Shown in pieces: positions 35,881 to 47,900 of a DNA stretch of 64,000 nucleotides. The stretch lies in IMG/VR virus record IMGVR_UViG_3300030330_001767, one strand, 5' to 3'. The notes below the pieces were generated by a model, which made no database searches, was not told the DNA's origin, and worked only from the letters and a program-made list of their open reading frames with translations. The DNA comes from an uncultured virus (IMG/VR IMGVR_UViG_3300030330_001767). Taxonomy: Duplodnaviria > Heunggongvirae > Uroviricota > Caudoviricetes. Within the stretch, counting starts at the first letter, position 1, and each line of letters opens with the position of its first letter. Made by a program: the position numbers and the translations under genes.

Positions 35881-36397
35881 TGAAGTTACTTTTGTAAAAA
35901 GACTTCTTTCTGATAATTGGAGTGCTTCTGCTTTATCACTATACAACAGTGGTAAAATAGCAACTAACCTACCTGTTCCTAAAATCATAGATGTTCGCTC
36001 GATTGAGCCACAAGAAGGGAGAAGAGTAGATATAGATTCAAACAATGTAATTGTTATCTTTGAAGATAGTTCTTCTACCACTTATCCTACTATTGACTAT
36101 GCAGTTAGAAACGAGACATTTACCTTTACAATACACATAAGAGTGTTACATAGAAGGGACTTTCCTGACAATACAACTTCAAGAGATAGACTCAGAATAC
36201 TATATCGAATCGTGCGACACATTCTTGAGACAAACTCTCTTAGCCCTACCATAACGACTACATCGGGAGGCTCAACTTTTACTGATAGTGCAGAAGTAAT
36301 CAAACTAACAAGTAGGAGTGAAGCCAATGATAGAAAGAAAAGGTTATTGGGCTACAAACTAAGCGTAGAGATGAAGAGAATGGGGAGAAGCATATGA
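35864..36397 (+). CDS. Putative tail terminator/completion protein
   Basis: Position directly before the tail tube; size and beta pattern. Confidence 0.55.
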   Translation: MAELLDEVTFVKRLLSDNWSASALSLYNSGKIATNLPVPKIIDVRSIEPQEGRRVDIDSNNVIVIFEDSSSTTYPTIDYAVRNETFTFTIHIRVLHRRDFPDNTTSRDRLRILYRIVRHILETNSLSPTITTTSGGSTFTDSAEVIKLTSRSEANDRKKRLLGYKLSVEMKRMGRSI

Positions 36398-37971
36398 CGA
36401 CAACCGCAATATTGACTGATGAGGTGTTTACCGGAGCAGGTGCATCTGCTACAATGATACCTGAATGCGACATATATTTGCCTAATTGTGACCTTTCCGA
36501 CACTCCCTTTACTAGCGTTGATATTATTCAGGCTGATTCTCTTGAGAATGTTGCAATGTCATTAGTCCCAAATCTGTATGTTGGTTGTATGGCGAAAGTC
36601 GTTAATACAGTAGATTCAGAATTTAGTGGAACATACATGATAAAGAGCAACACTACTAATTCAATTACTTTTGCAGAGGCTCTTGGAGATACCGCAGACG
36701 ATAGAATAGATATTACAATCCTATCTTTTGGCTCACCATCCCCTGCTCCTAACGTAATATCAGGAAAACCCACATTGTTGGCTGATAACTGGTTAGGCTT
36801 AGTCAACACAATTACTCCTCCATCAGTTGAGGTTGAAGTGGGACAACTCAATCTCGCATTGGGAGGAAGCAGAAACTTCGGATACCAATTCAAGAAGGGA
36901 GAAACCGTTAGCGGTGGTTCTCTTGATATCTCAATGAGTAACGGTTCATGGCTTTACTATGTCTTAGGAGATTACACTGTTGCAAATGGGGCTAGTGGAG
37001 GTGGAACATATCACACATTAGGCGGAGGTGGAAGTCTATCGGGTGATGGATACGCTTTGGATACTACTAATCATAGGATTGTTAGAGTAATTGGTGGAAA
37101 GGAATATCCTCCATCTTCAAGCATAGGTGATTTGAAAATGGTAACTGAGGGTTCAGCCGGATACTTCAATTACACATTTGTTCCCAACGAAGGAGATTCA
37201 TTGCCTTCATTCGCATTAGAACTTATTTATGAAAAAACAGGACTATCTAACGATAACTACTATGTTGGTTCAGAGGGAACATCAACTGATGCTACTGCAA
37301 AGCCAATCAAGGATATCTATGCAAAGATATTCACTGGATGTCAAGTAAACAGTATGACCATGAACTTTGAAGAAGGTCAAGAGTTGAAGACAAGTTTAGA
37401 CTTGGTTACAAGAAGAGCATTTGATGCACCAATAGATTACACTCCAAGAAGAAGAGTTCGCACGAACACTTCTCTGTTCAACTACCATTCTGAGGATACC
37501 AATAACAGACCATACCTTTTCTCAGGTGGACACATACAGTTGTATGGTCAGACTATTGCAAGAGTAAAGTCGGGAAGTGTTACAATTGCAAACAACATAA
37601 CTCCTCAGAGATTCATAGGACAGTCCTCAAGAGAAGTCATGTCTGCTCATATTCCGGCACAAAGGACATACGATATTCAATTGACAATGCTGATAACAGA
37701 CTCAAAGGTTTGGGATGAACTAAGAAAGGAAGGAGAGTCATTGGGAGCAGGTCAAAGACTTACTCTCAAGTTCGCCAAAGATTTAGACAATAACACTGTT
37801 GATGATTTCATTGAGTTGAAGTTCAATGACTATCTAACACAAAGCGTAAGCATACCGTTCCCCGAAGACAAAGGAGCAGTAGAGGTAGAAGTTACCTTAG
37901 CGGCAAGGACTTTGGAAAGTGCAACATATCAAGGAGATTGGAAGATACTACAATCTGCATCAGGAGTATAG
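36394..37971 (+). CDS. Major tail tube protein
   Basis: LPSFALE...FTGCQVNSMTMNFEEG siphoviral tube pattern; followed by chaperones and TMP. Confidence 0.75.
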   Translation: MTTTAILTDEVFTGAGASATMIPECDIYLPNCDLSDTPFTSVDIIQADSLENVAMSLVPNLYVGCMAKVVNTVDSEFSGTYMIKSNTTNSITFAEALGDTADDRIDITILSFGSPSPAPNVISGKPTLLADNWLGLVNTITPPSVEVEVGQLNLALGGSRNFGYQFKKGETVSGGSLDISMSNGSWLYYVLGDYTVANGASGGGTYHTLGGGGSLSGDGYALDTTNHRIVRVIGGKEYPPSSSIGDLKMVTEGSAGYFNYTFVPNEGDSLPSFALELIYEKTGLSNDNYYVGSEGTSTDATAKPIKDIYAKIFTGCQVNSMTMNFEEGQELKTSLDLVTRRAFDAPIDYTPRRRVRTNTSLFNYHSEDTNNRPYLFSGGHIQLYGQTIARVKSGSVTIANNITPQRFIGQSSREVMSAHIPAQRTYDIQLTMLITDSKVWDELRKEGESLGAGQRLTLKFAKDLDNNTVDDFIELKFNDYLTQSVSIPFPEDKGAVEVEVTLAARTLESATYQGDWKILQSASGV

Positions 37972-38064
37972 GGGGATTTCTAAAGTAAAATAGAATCCCT
38001 ATACAATTCATACATTCCACCAACATTGTTTGTTTGTTGGTTTTTCGTTAGGTGGAAAGATATT

Positions 38065-38430
38065 ATGAGTGAAGAAAAAATAGTAAGTGATAAGAACAGT
38101 TTGTTTGCGACAGTAAACACCGATTGCCATGTGTTGAAGGTTAGTCCTGATTCAGATGAAGTGCTGAAAGTTTGGGTAAAAGAACCCACTTGGCTACAAG
38201 TAGAACAAGCACTATCATCTGTGATGAAAGTTGATGATACTGGACAGATGGAACTTGACTTGAACAAGATGTATAAGTTCATGTGTAAAGAGTTTGTAGA
38301 GAAAACTGAACCCCAACTTTCTAGCATTGAATTACTCAGATTGAATCCCTACATTGGGGCGCAATTGAAAGAAGTCCTCCCAAATCCATTCTTTGATTTA
38401 CAGGAGGAGGATACAAAAAAAGCAATGTGA
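38065..38430 (+). CDS. Tail assembly chaperone (lambda G-like)
   Basis: Between tube and TMP; ends at slippery A AAA AAA. Confidence 0.7.
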   Translation: MSEEKIVSDKNSLFATVNTDCHVLKVSPDSDEVLKVWVKEPTWLQVEQALSSVMKVDDTGQMELDLNKMYKFMCKEFVEKTEPQLSSIELLRLNPYIGAQLKEVLPNPFFDLQEEDTKKAM

Positions 38431-38666
38431 TTCGTAAGGCATTAACTGGTAGAGAGGTAGAACCCTCTATTGCCTTTAGAGTTATATTGTATTCATACTG
38501 CAAGGCTTTCTCGATAAGCCCTGCGGAAGCACAACACACCCCAATGAAGTTAATGAGCGAAATGCTACAAATACACGCAGAAGTAGAACATATGAAATCT
38601 AAGGAAATAGAAAAGGAGATGAAAAAACATGACTATGGGAAATCAGTCAGAGGAAAATCTCTCTAA
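38415..38666 (+). CDS. Tail assembly chaperone extension (lambda T-like), -1 frameshift ORF
   Basis: Open -1 frame from the A7 run at 38415-38421; AFSISPAEAQHTP pattern. Confidence 0.65.
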   Translation, partial: KKSNVIRKALTGREVEPSIAFRVILYSYCKAFSISPAEAQHTPMKLMSEMLQIHAEVEHMKSKEIEKEMKKHDYGKSVRGKSL

Positions 38667-40083
38667 ACTTAGTCTAGCGTTTGATAGAGCAAATACTTCT
38701 ATTACAAGAACAGGCCAAGCGTTTGGTGAACTCGCTAAAAGCAGTCAAGAATGGAACATTATTAGTCGTATTCTTTCCGGTACAGGAGCATGGAGATTAC
38801 AAAATCAGATTCGTGCGATTGGTAACGTCATTAACGTATATCACACAAGACAGGAAAATGCAAGAAAGGCTACATTAGAGGCAGTAGATGCTAATGAAAA
38901 ATTAGTGGAATCACTTGAACATATTGAAAATGCGTTAAAATTAACAGATGAACAAATTAAGAAAACACCACTATACAAATTGTTTGATAAAGCAAATCTC
39001 AATGGTATTGCGGAATACAAGAAACTTTGGGGTGAAGCAAAGGTAGCAGTGGGAGATGCAATAGATGGTATTGGTAAATCAATGCAGAAATCAAGAGCAA
39101 GTAAGTATTTGAGTGGAGAAATGGGTAAAGGTCTTACTGGTTTCTTAGAATACACAGGCATACAAGGAGTATATGATAGGATAATGGATAACCCTACGGT
39201 TTCTCATGCTGTTACTATGCCTCGACATTTTGCAATGACTCAAAAAGGTAGGGCCATGAGATTTGGTCAAAGGGTCGGAAAGAGAGCAAGGTCATTTGGT
39301 CGCCAAATGAGGTATAGTCCAGTAGCGACTACAAAAGATGCAGTGACTACATTAGCCAAAAAACTTGCACCAGTAGCAGGTAAGATAAGTCAGTTTTTCG
39401 TTATAGGTTCTGTGGTATTAGGGAAGTTTTTGATTTACTTATTGGCTATTGTTACTGGTTTTGCATTATTAATTTTCTTAATAAAGAAATTGAAAATAGG
39501 GACTAAACTAAAAGCGTTTGAGAAACGGTTTGGTATTTTTGGAGATATATTCAAGAATGTAAAAGACATATTATCCGGCGTATTTGATATATTCAAAGCC
39601 GCTTTTGGTGGTGATGGTCAAGGGCTTATGAAAGCATTTGGAAAGTTTGTCAAAGCATTAGGAGGATTGTTGTTTAACGTTATGAAACTAATGGTAATGG
39701 GATTCTTACAGGTGGTTAAATTCTTAGTAGCGAGTTTTATTCAGGTTATTGGAAAAGTTGTAGGGAAAATACCATTTATGGGAGGACTTGGTTCATCAAT
39801 AGAAGGCTTTGGAAAAAACATTAGAGGAATGGCTACTGGTGGTGTGAGTGGTGGAGGTTTAACCATAGTAGGTGAACGTGGGCCTGAACTAGTTAGATTA
39901 CCTTCAGGAGCAAGAGTTCATTCTAACGCTGAAAGTAGAAGAATGGGTGGAGGAACAATCAACGTTCACGTAAACGGAAGAGTCGGTGCTTCTGATACTG
40001 AGATAAGAGATATAGCCAGTAAAGTAGCAAGAGAGATTAATTTACAGATGAACAGACAATCACATACGGTAGGTAGATTCTGA
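38629..40083 (+). CDS. Tape measure protein (short, 484 aa)
   Basis: Helical and hydrophobic repeats; C-terminal MATGG...IVGERGPELV..PSGARV. Confidence 0.8.
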   Translation: MTMGNQSEENLSKLSLAFDRANTSITRTGQAFGELAKSSQEWNIISRILSGTGAWRLQNQIRAIGNVINVYHTRQENARKATLEAVDANEKLVESLEHIENALKLTDEQIKKTPLYKLFDKANLNGIAEYKKLWGEAKVAVGDAIDGIGKSMQKSRASKYLSGEMGKGLTGFLEYTGIQGVYDRIMDNPTVSHAVTMPRHFAMTQKGRAMRFGQRVGKRARSFGRQMRYSPVATTKDAVTTLAKKLAPVAGKISQFFVIGSVVLGKFLIYLLAIVTGFALLIFLIKKLKIGTKLKAFEKRFGIFGDIFKNVKDILSGVFDIFKAAFGGDGQGLMKAFGKFVKALGGLLFNVMKLMVMGFLQVVKFLVASFIQVIGKVVGKIPFMGGLGSSIEGFGKNIRGMATGGVSGGGLTIVGERGPELVRLPSGARVHSNAESRRMGGGTINVHVNGRVGASDTEIRDIASKVAREINLQMNRQSHTVGRF

Positions 40084-40772
40084 TGGCTGAACCAAATTAC
40101 AGAGTCTTCTTAGAATTACAAAGAAGAAACTCCATTGGTGCAGGTCAACAGAATAGAATATCTCTTCTTGCAACAGATGTAACAGTTTCAACCAATAAAA
40201 CGGTATTCAACATGGGTGTACCATTCTCAGGAGCAATTCGTGGAGAATCATTGAATATTGCAATGGATGTGGGTATGGCTCAAAAGACTGTTAGTGTTAG
40301 TGGCTTTTTAGTTGACCAAACCATACACAAAAAGAAAGATGAAGATGGAGAGGAAACAGAAGCGAAACTGACTTCCTTTGAATTAGCCCAATTGATTCAC
40401 TCATACGCAGATGCGAGTTCATTTCAAGATGACCAAAACATAAACAAATTGGTTATATTAATTCCAAGTAGAGTTGACCATAATTTTCAATATCATCCTA
40501 ATGTAAATGCAGATACGGATATAGGAGATTTGCCTTTGATATCATGGTCTTGGAAAAATAGAGAGTATGATAATACATTTACTTCAAATGTGAGTGGTGG
40601 TGAAACTTACTTCAAGGAATATTCAGCCAATGAAACTGGTGAAACCTCTCTTGGAATATCAGGATTTATTCGTTCATTCTCAACTACTGTAAGTGGTCAA
40701 GAGTTTCCGGCAGTTCAATTTCAATTGGAGTTTGAGGAAGCAATGGTGGTAGCGGATAACTTCTTGGATTGA
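40083..40772 (+). CDS. Putative distal tail protein
   Basis: Directly after TMP; GFIRSFSTT...FQLEF. Confidence 0.55.
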   Translation: MAEPNYRVFLELQRRNSIGAGQQNRISLLATDVTVSTNKTVFNMGVPFSGAIRGESLNIAMDVGMAQKTVSVSGFLVDQTIHKKKDEDGEETEAKLTSFELAQLIHSYADASSFQDDQNINKLVILIPSRVDHNFQYHPNVNADTDIGDLPLISWSWKNREYDNTFTSNVSGGETYFKEYSANETGETSLGISGFIRSFSTTVSGQEFPAVQFQLEFEEAMVVADNFLD

Positions 40773-40781
40773 GGGATAAGG

Positions 40782-41939
40782 ATGGTAGTAAATGCGTATG
40801 TTGGTAGTCCATACAAATTGGTTTTCCCACTTCTCTCATCAGGATATTTAGAAATAGACTACGATAAAACAGTAACACAGATAGAAGGAACTTCCGGTAC
40901 TGTCGGTGGTTCAGGAGATGATACAAACACTCCAACTGCTTCTACGATATCAGACACAAGAAACATACAGATGTGGAATCACACTGGGCCTTTTTCTTTG
41001 GAATGTATAGTAACTCCTTATGACGTAAATGGCTCTGCTAAATACAAAGATGATAACAATAATAACACAGAAGTTGGAATATTAGACTCCACTAAAACCC
41101 CACCATATCCAAGTGATTTCAACAGTAATAGAGCAACTACATATGAAAGCACTAGTATATTGGGAACATCCAACAGTGCATTGCATACTGCTTCTCCACT
41201 TAAACTGATGATATTTCATAATACTAACTTACAACTCTATTTAGAAAATACAACAAAAAATAGTTACAATCAACCTGCTGAGTATAAGATAGTTGCTAAG
41301 TTCAAAAGGACTGGCACTAACACATTTCAAACATTAGAAACAGATACAGTAATTAAGGCTGAACATAAATTAACAGGATACTATGATTCTTATGGATATT
41401 ATGATGGTATTAGCACATCATACACAAATATAGGAGGTGCAGATATTGCAGGTCAAGGAGGTAGTAATCTAACATTGGGTTTAGGAACTCCAATGAATGT
41501 ATACAGATTAGCAAAGGGAACAGAACTTTTTGACTCTAACCTAAACTCTCTTGGAGTAATAGATGGAATTAATTATTCAAATGGGGTTTTAACAATGAGT
41601 CAACCCCAAACTACTAGTCAGTCTAAGGTCTATATTCACCAAAAGAAAGAAGCCCTTTACTTAGAGCAGATGTATAAGATATCATTCACTTACTTACCAA
41701 ATGCTGCCGAGATATACTTGAATAACAATTTAGTTGCTTCAATGAGCCATACCGAATCAACAGTTGTAATACATCCAAGTGATATCAGAATATGTGGTAG
41801 TGGAACTACAAGCGAGCAGTTCTATGGTGAATTATATGAGATAGCATTACACAAGGGAAACTCGATAAACACCACGACACAAAAAACATTGAGTCCAAGT
41901 TATAGTAATATTTTCTTTTATTTCAGGTTTGGTGAGTGA
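40782..41939 (+). CDS. Tail protein with probable LamG/concanavalin-like domain
   Basis: FSLECIVTP...IYLNNNLV...QFYGELYEIAL. Confidence 0.6.
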   Translation: MVVNAYVGSPYKLVFPLLSSGYLEIDYDKTVTQIEGTSGTVGGSGDDTNTPTASTISDTRNIQMWNHTGPFSLECIVTPYDVNGSAKYKDDNNNNTEVGILDSTKTPPYPSDFNSNRATTYESTSILGTSNSALHTASPLKLMIFHNTNLQLYLENTTKNSYNQPAEYKIVAKFKRTGTNTFQTLETDTVIKAEHKLTGYYDSYGYYDGISTSYTNIGGADIAGQGGSNLTLGLGTPMNVYRLAKGTELFDSNLNSLGVIDGINYSNGVLTMSQPQTTSQSKVYIHQKKEALYLEQMYKISFTYLPNAAEIYLNNNLVASMSHTESTVVIHPSDIRICGSGTTSEQFYGELYEIALHKGNSINTTTQKTLSPSYSNIFFYFRFGE

Positions 41940-44900
41940 AGTGGGGACGACAAGCACTTCAATCGGTAGAATGTTTTACCCCATAAACGTGGGTAAAAAA
42001 GATACTGATATCACAAGTAACTATGAAAGTAGAACAACAGAGTTCACACAAGGAGATGCTTTTAGCAACGTATCAGTGAATCCACAATTCAAAACTACTA
42101 ACTTAGAATATGAGAACTCTACGACATCTACCTCTTGGGTAAACTCTGCTAACTTTATTGAGATTAGAAATACATCTCATGTAACTGGAATATCAAACGA
42201 TAATGCAAGTGGTATAGTAAACAGGGTATATCCAACGGGAACTGGGTTAGATACATATGCTAAGAACAGAGATGAAACTAACTCATTCAAGGTAAAGGTG
42301 TTTGATGCTCAATCCAACTATACTGATAATAACAAAAAACTCAGATATGCTACATCAGATACTACTCAAACTATTGGGTTGGATATTGATAATTATGATT
42401 ACTTTATTCTGATAAACCCTGATTTAACAACGGCGGGAACAAATAGAATAAGACCTCATTTTGCTAAGATAACAAGAATAACGGCATTTGATGAGTTTGG
42501 TGATGGGGTAGAGTTTGAGCCATCATACCCTACTTCTATTGCCGCTAATAGTAATTTTGAGATTTACAAAGGGCCATCCAAAACAGATACATCGGTTGTA
42601 GCAGTAAGTTATGGTCTTAGGGGTGATACTGATGCTAACACCTCAAAGTATGATGTATCTCAGAGAGCGACAAGACCAACGTTCTACTTTTACAATGATA
42701 GATTAGATGAGAAAGACCAACTGGATTATCAGGAAAAGTATACTGCTACTTCTGAAAGATGGTGGGACTACTCAACTGAAATAAATGTCAGTGCTATTTC
42801 TGCTCATACTCAATACTCATCAACAACTCCTACTTTGGGTTTCTTACTAGCACCAACAGGAGATAGGGCGAAACTTGTAGAAGGGCAATCCATTTTTGAT
42901 GAGAATGATGTTTTCATTGGTAACGTGAAAGCAAAACATACTAGCACTAACGGAGCATTTTCTATTGACTTTGCAAGAGTTGCAGTATCTTCCTTCACTG
43001 CAACACAATCAGAAATTGCAACTGTTGGCACTGCAAGTCAAAGTGGAACTCCTGATAATTGCACTAGTGGTAACTACAATCCCACTGGTGGTAGTGGTAG
43101 TGGAGCAGTATTGAACATTACATTGGCAAGCATTGGAATTGGCAATCTACAATCCGTTCAGTCAATAACAGTGGTTGATGGTGGCTCAGGGTATACTACG
43201 AGTGATAATCTATCAGTTACCTTAAGCGGGGGTAATGGAGTAACACTGACTATACCCGTTGCTAGTGTAACATACGACTACAAATCATACAAAATAGGAA
43301 AGACGATACAGAACACGGTATTCAAAACAAAGGCAAAATATTCAAACAAAGTGTATTCTTTGGGTAATAGTCCTATTAGTGCAACTATCGTAGATTCAAA
43401 TAAAACAGCAGATGAGTCAGATAATAACTTTGACCCAATAAGATGGAATACTGCATTTCCTAAGATGAAGAGACACTCACTTGATTTGCTTTCTGATACT
43501 GCCGTTACTTCTGATGGTAGACTTACTGGGCCTAATAGATATATCACATTTGAAAAGGCAGATTTCAAGAATAATAAAGTAGAACCTATAACAAGTAGTT
43601 CTTTGAATAGCCCTAAGAATAAGTTATCTCAACTTGCAAGAATACAAACTTCTGATAATAGTGGTCTTAATCACTTGAAAATAAAAGAAGGAGATATTCT
43701 AAAGGTAAGAAGAAACTTACATAATGGTTCATTCACTAAAAAGAATTATTTTGGATTAGCAACAAGTAACAATCAAACAATAACAATGTCTGAACTTAAC
43801 AGTAAATTAGACTTGAAACACATACTGTCTACTGATGATATAGTAGAAATAGATGGTAATTACTTAGTTGTTAATGTAGTAGGGAGTAAAACAAGCGATA
43901 CTGAACAGAGTTTTACTGTAAAAGATTACAAACTAATTAAGTCAAAGACTTGGACTGGAAACTCTTCGGGTTTTACGATAATAAGAAAGCCAATGAAACT
44001 CACACCTTACACTGGTGTTTTGAATGTTGATTTTGAATCTGATGCAGAAGTTAAAATTGATGCTAACGGTAATTTTCAGACCCTAACTATGGATGGTGTC
44101 GGTGTTGCTAAATCAGATAGTAAAATACACAAGGCAAAGTTTACTCCTTTGCTTTACAATAGCCATGTAATAGAAATTGACTATGCTGATAGATACAATA
44201 AATATGCTAAAATTATAGATGCTGATAAGACCTTTTACCAAAAACCAACTGCTTCTGCGAGTAGAATGTATTACTATCAAGGAAAGTATTCCATATCCGA
44301 AGATGTATTCAACGGTGAAGTAGATAGCATAGATGTTAATACTTCTGATGGTTTTACTACTTTCAAATTTCAAGGTAGAGATGATACATCTAAGTTCTTA
44401 GGGGCTACAATAGACAAGACGTTGACACAACACTCTGATATTGTAAAAACAACCTTAGCCCCAATAATAACCAATCATTCTACCATAACTGGAATATCAA
44501 ACGTTGCAGTAACTACAAGTGGAACTAATGCTAACAAGCAAATAACGTATAGTGGAACGCCTAATGTTACTTTGAAACCTTTTACACTTCTTTTGAACAG
44601 TAGTGGGGAATTGATTGGAGAAGTAAGTTCTGCAACATCGGGTTCTATTATTTTGAGTCATAGAATCATAAACTCGCCTATTGGAAATACAATTAGATAC
44701 TTCGACCCATATTCCTCTACACAACATAATCAAATCTCAGGAACAAAGGCAATGCAGAGCAACATTGCACATACAGGAGCAATTTCTGATTTTACTTCTA
44801 TTAGCGAAAAAGGACTTGCTTTCAAAAGAGGATTGGATATTGATTATGATTCTTCTTTTACATATACCCCATTACAACTAAGTTCCAACGTTGGGTCAAA

Positions 44901-47900
44901 AGTTGGAGATGTTTTAGGTTATGATATATCTTCACCAAAATCAATATCAACAGGAGATGCAATATTCGCATTTTCAATAGGAAATGAAAACGGTGTTACT
45001 CTTGATAAGAATGATATTATGAGTGTTAACTCAGAAATGTTTGATATTGTGAAAGAGATTAAACAAGATGATTCTACTACTGTATTGGAAATAGCACCTA
45101 ACTTTCCAATGGTATTAGGTAGGTTCGATTCTAATACATCAGATACAAGGGACAAGAACACTTCAATATACTTAGTTAATAGCAACATAGAAACAGGAGG
45201 ATTTCTACATAGAATACCTGATACATTGGAGATAGGAGGACAGATTGAACCTAAAGAAACTGTTCGCTATTGGGATTTGCAAGCACTGAATCCTAATGCC
45301 TTAGTTAGAACCTATGATAGTATATACAACGTAGGAAAAAAGCCTCAGTCAATACAGGGATATGCTATCGGTTATGGTGTTAAGGCCACAGGAGATACCA
45401 AGAGCATAACAGATACTCCAACAAACAAACCTAAGAATGGTAGCAATAATCTATTGGGTTGGAATGGCCTTAGTTCGTTTTACCATGCTTCTGCTCCTTT
45501 GCCGAAGAGTTATCCTTTAGATACTAAATACTGGGATGAACCCGGTAATGACCCATATGAAGTTGATATTGAGTATTCTAAGTTAGAGCAGATAGACCCT
45601 AGAACACTAAACTACGAACTACTGATGACAGGAGATATATTCCCTTCAAGTAAATTAAGGCATAATAGCATATTCAAGCACAATGTTGGTTTTGATAACT
45701 ATGGAGTTTTACTGGAAACTTCTCCACAGAAAACTGGCGTGGTTAAACATCAACACTATGATGGGGCTACTTCTGAAACGCTGAAAAGAAATGTCAACTT
45801 TGAGTTAGTGAACATAAAGGAAAGCACTCCAAATGCGACTGATGCCACTAATATTAGAAGATGGGGAGTTATCAGACTAGTAGAAGCAACCTTCGATTGG
45901 CATTTCAACCCAATAGATTTTGATTCTTTGAGTCACGTTAAAGATATTCCATCTGTTTCTTACTTTGACTATCATATGATTAAACCAGTTGCAACTCCAA
46001 ACTACACGCATTCTCAATTAGATGATAATGATGTCAAAGGAGATATGTTCTACAAGTCACCTGTATTGAGTTCAGCAACAAGGCCAAGCACAGAGGAGCA
46101 TCCTGATGGGGATTTCATACTGAATAGTGGTGAATATGGTGGATTAATGGCCGTAAGTGCATTGGAAGGTTTTTCTCAAAACGGGTTGACGGCAAGTGTT
46201 GGTGAAGTATTAGAGTTCTCAGCAGATGCAGCATATACTAACTATCCTATATTTGGAATTGAAACTTTTAGATTATTCTCTGCACCGAATTACAGTTTAG
46301 ACGAAGTATCTACGAGATTAGACGGTGAAGACGGTTCAGTAGATACTTTCTTTGTTGATAAACAAGAAGGGCTTAGGGATATTAGATTCCACACAAATTG
46401 GTTGATAAGACCACCTGTTAGTATTGACCAGTTTAGTCATCAGAATCTTAAGTATACTGTTGGTAACTCTACTCAAACTTACAACCCTATGAACATTATA
46501 CTTCCACTTATGGCGGAAATAAAAGACCCTACTGACAAGGATTATATTAGAGATATGAGATATTCTCCCTTCCACCAAATAGACGGTTGGAATGATGACA
46601 ACATTAACTATTTAACTCAAGATTCAGGTATAGTTAGATTACATATGTCAAGGGTAATTTCTGCTATGGTTGGAGAATCATTTGATGAAGGCCCAACTAA
46701 CACTCCCGTAGATAAAGAAATGATGGGTATTGGAAAGAGCCATGTCTATGACAACTGTATTGGTGTATTCAAAGATTGGATTCCCGCATCTGAGAACACA
46801 AGGGGTGTAGAAGAAATAACCCTATCAAGCAGTCCATTGCAATTAGAAACTCAAGCGAAATGGTCGGGGTATGCTGATGACGTAACTACTACATACGACC
46901 AACACACACAGACTGCTCGCTACTGGTCTTTCACTAATTCGGTTTCACATAGATATAACCTTAATAATGGTCAAGTTACTATACTGCCTACAAGAAAAGT
47001 TGCTTTGTTGGGAACGAAGACTAAAGAATACCCATTAAAATTACTTGCAGGTAATAGAGCCAATTTAACAAATAATAACCTAAGAGCAACTAACCATGCC
47101 GGAGCGGGTATAACAGGAGCAGCATTGAATACAGGTCTTATGTATGCTACTCAAATGATAGTAAAACCAAGATTTAATCTGACACTTAGAAACGCCACAG
47201 GGTTTTCTGATGCAGTAACTAAGTCTGCTGATAGCAAGACCTTCACATTTACTTTAGGGGATAACAACAGTGGAACTGCTCATACTTGGTTATCCTTCAT
47301 GCCTGACTTGACTGGTTACTATTTGGTGTCTGAGAAACTAAAAGACGGTAAGAGTTTGAGTAGTGCAAATCATCATGGTATTCCAAAATTCATAACTAAA
47401 ATACTTGACCACCAAATAACCGCCCCAGTAATATCAGGCGGTAGTGCTGCTTGGGAAAAACACGTATTAACCTTTGATACTGCAATTGATACTGCAAATG
47501 GTAATTATTACAGACTAATGAAAATATCAGAAAGAACCTTTGATGATACACCGGATAAGATAGAGTTCAATGTGCTACATGATAGTGGATTGAAGTATGA
47601 TACAACAACTAACAGTTTCATTAGAGGTGTAGCGTCTACTGAATCTTCTAATACAGAAAATCAATATTACAATGAAGCAGTTTATTCAATGTATTTGAAA
47701 TTAGATGTTGATAACGCTATTACTGCAAATAATCCTTATCTTGAAGCAAGAACAACAGTAAAGGCAGTAGAAGGTTTTACTGATGAGGAAGTGATATCTG
47801 CTTTTGTTTCTGATGGTAATAAGAAAAAGAGATTAGATTTTACTGTTTCATTAGCAAGAAAGAAAGGTACGAGCAAATCAAAAACAGAACAGTGCTTAGT

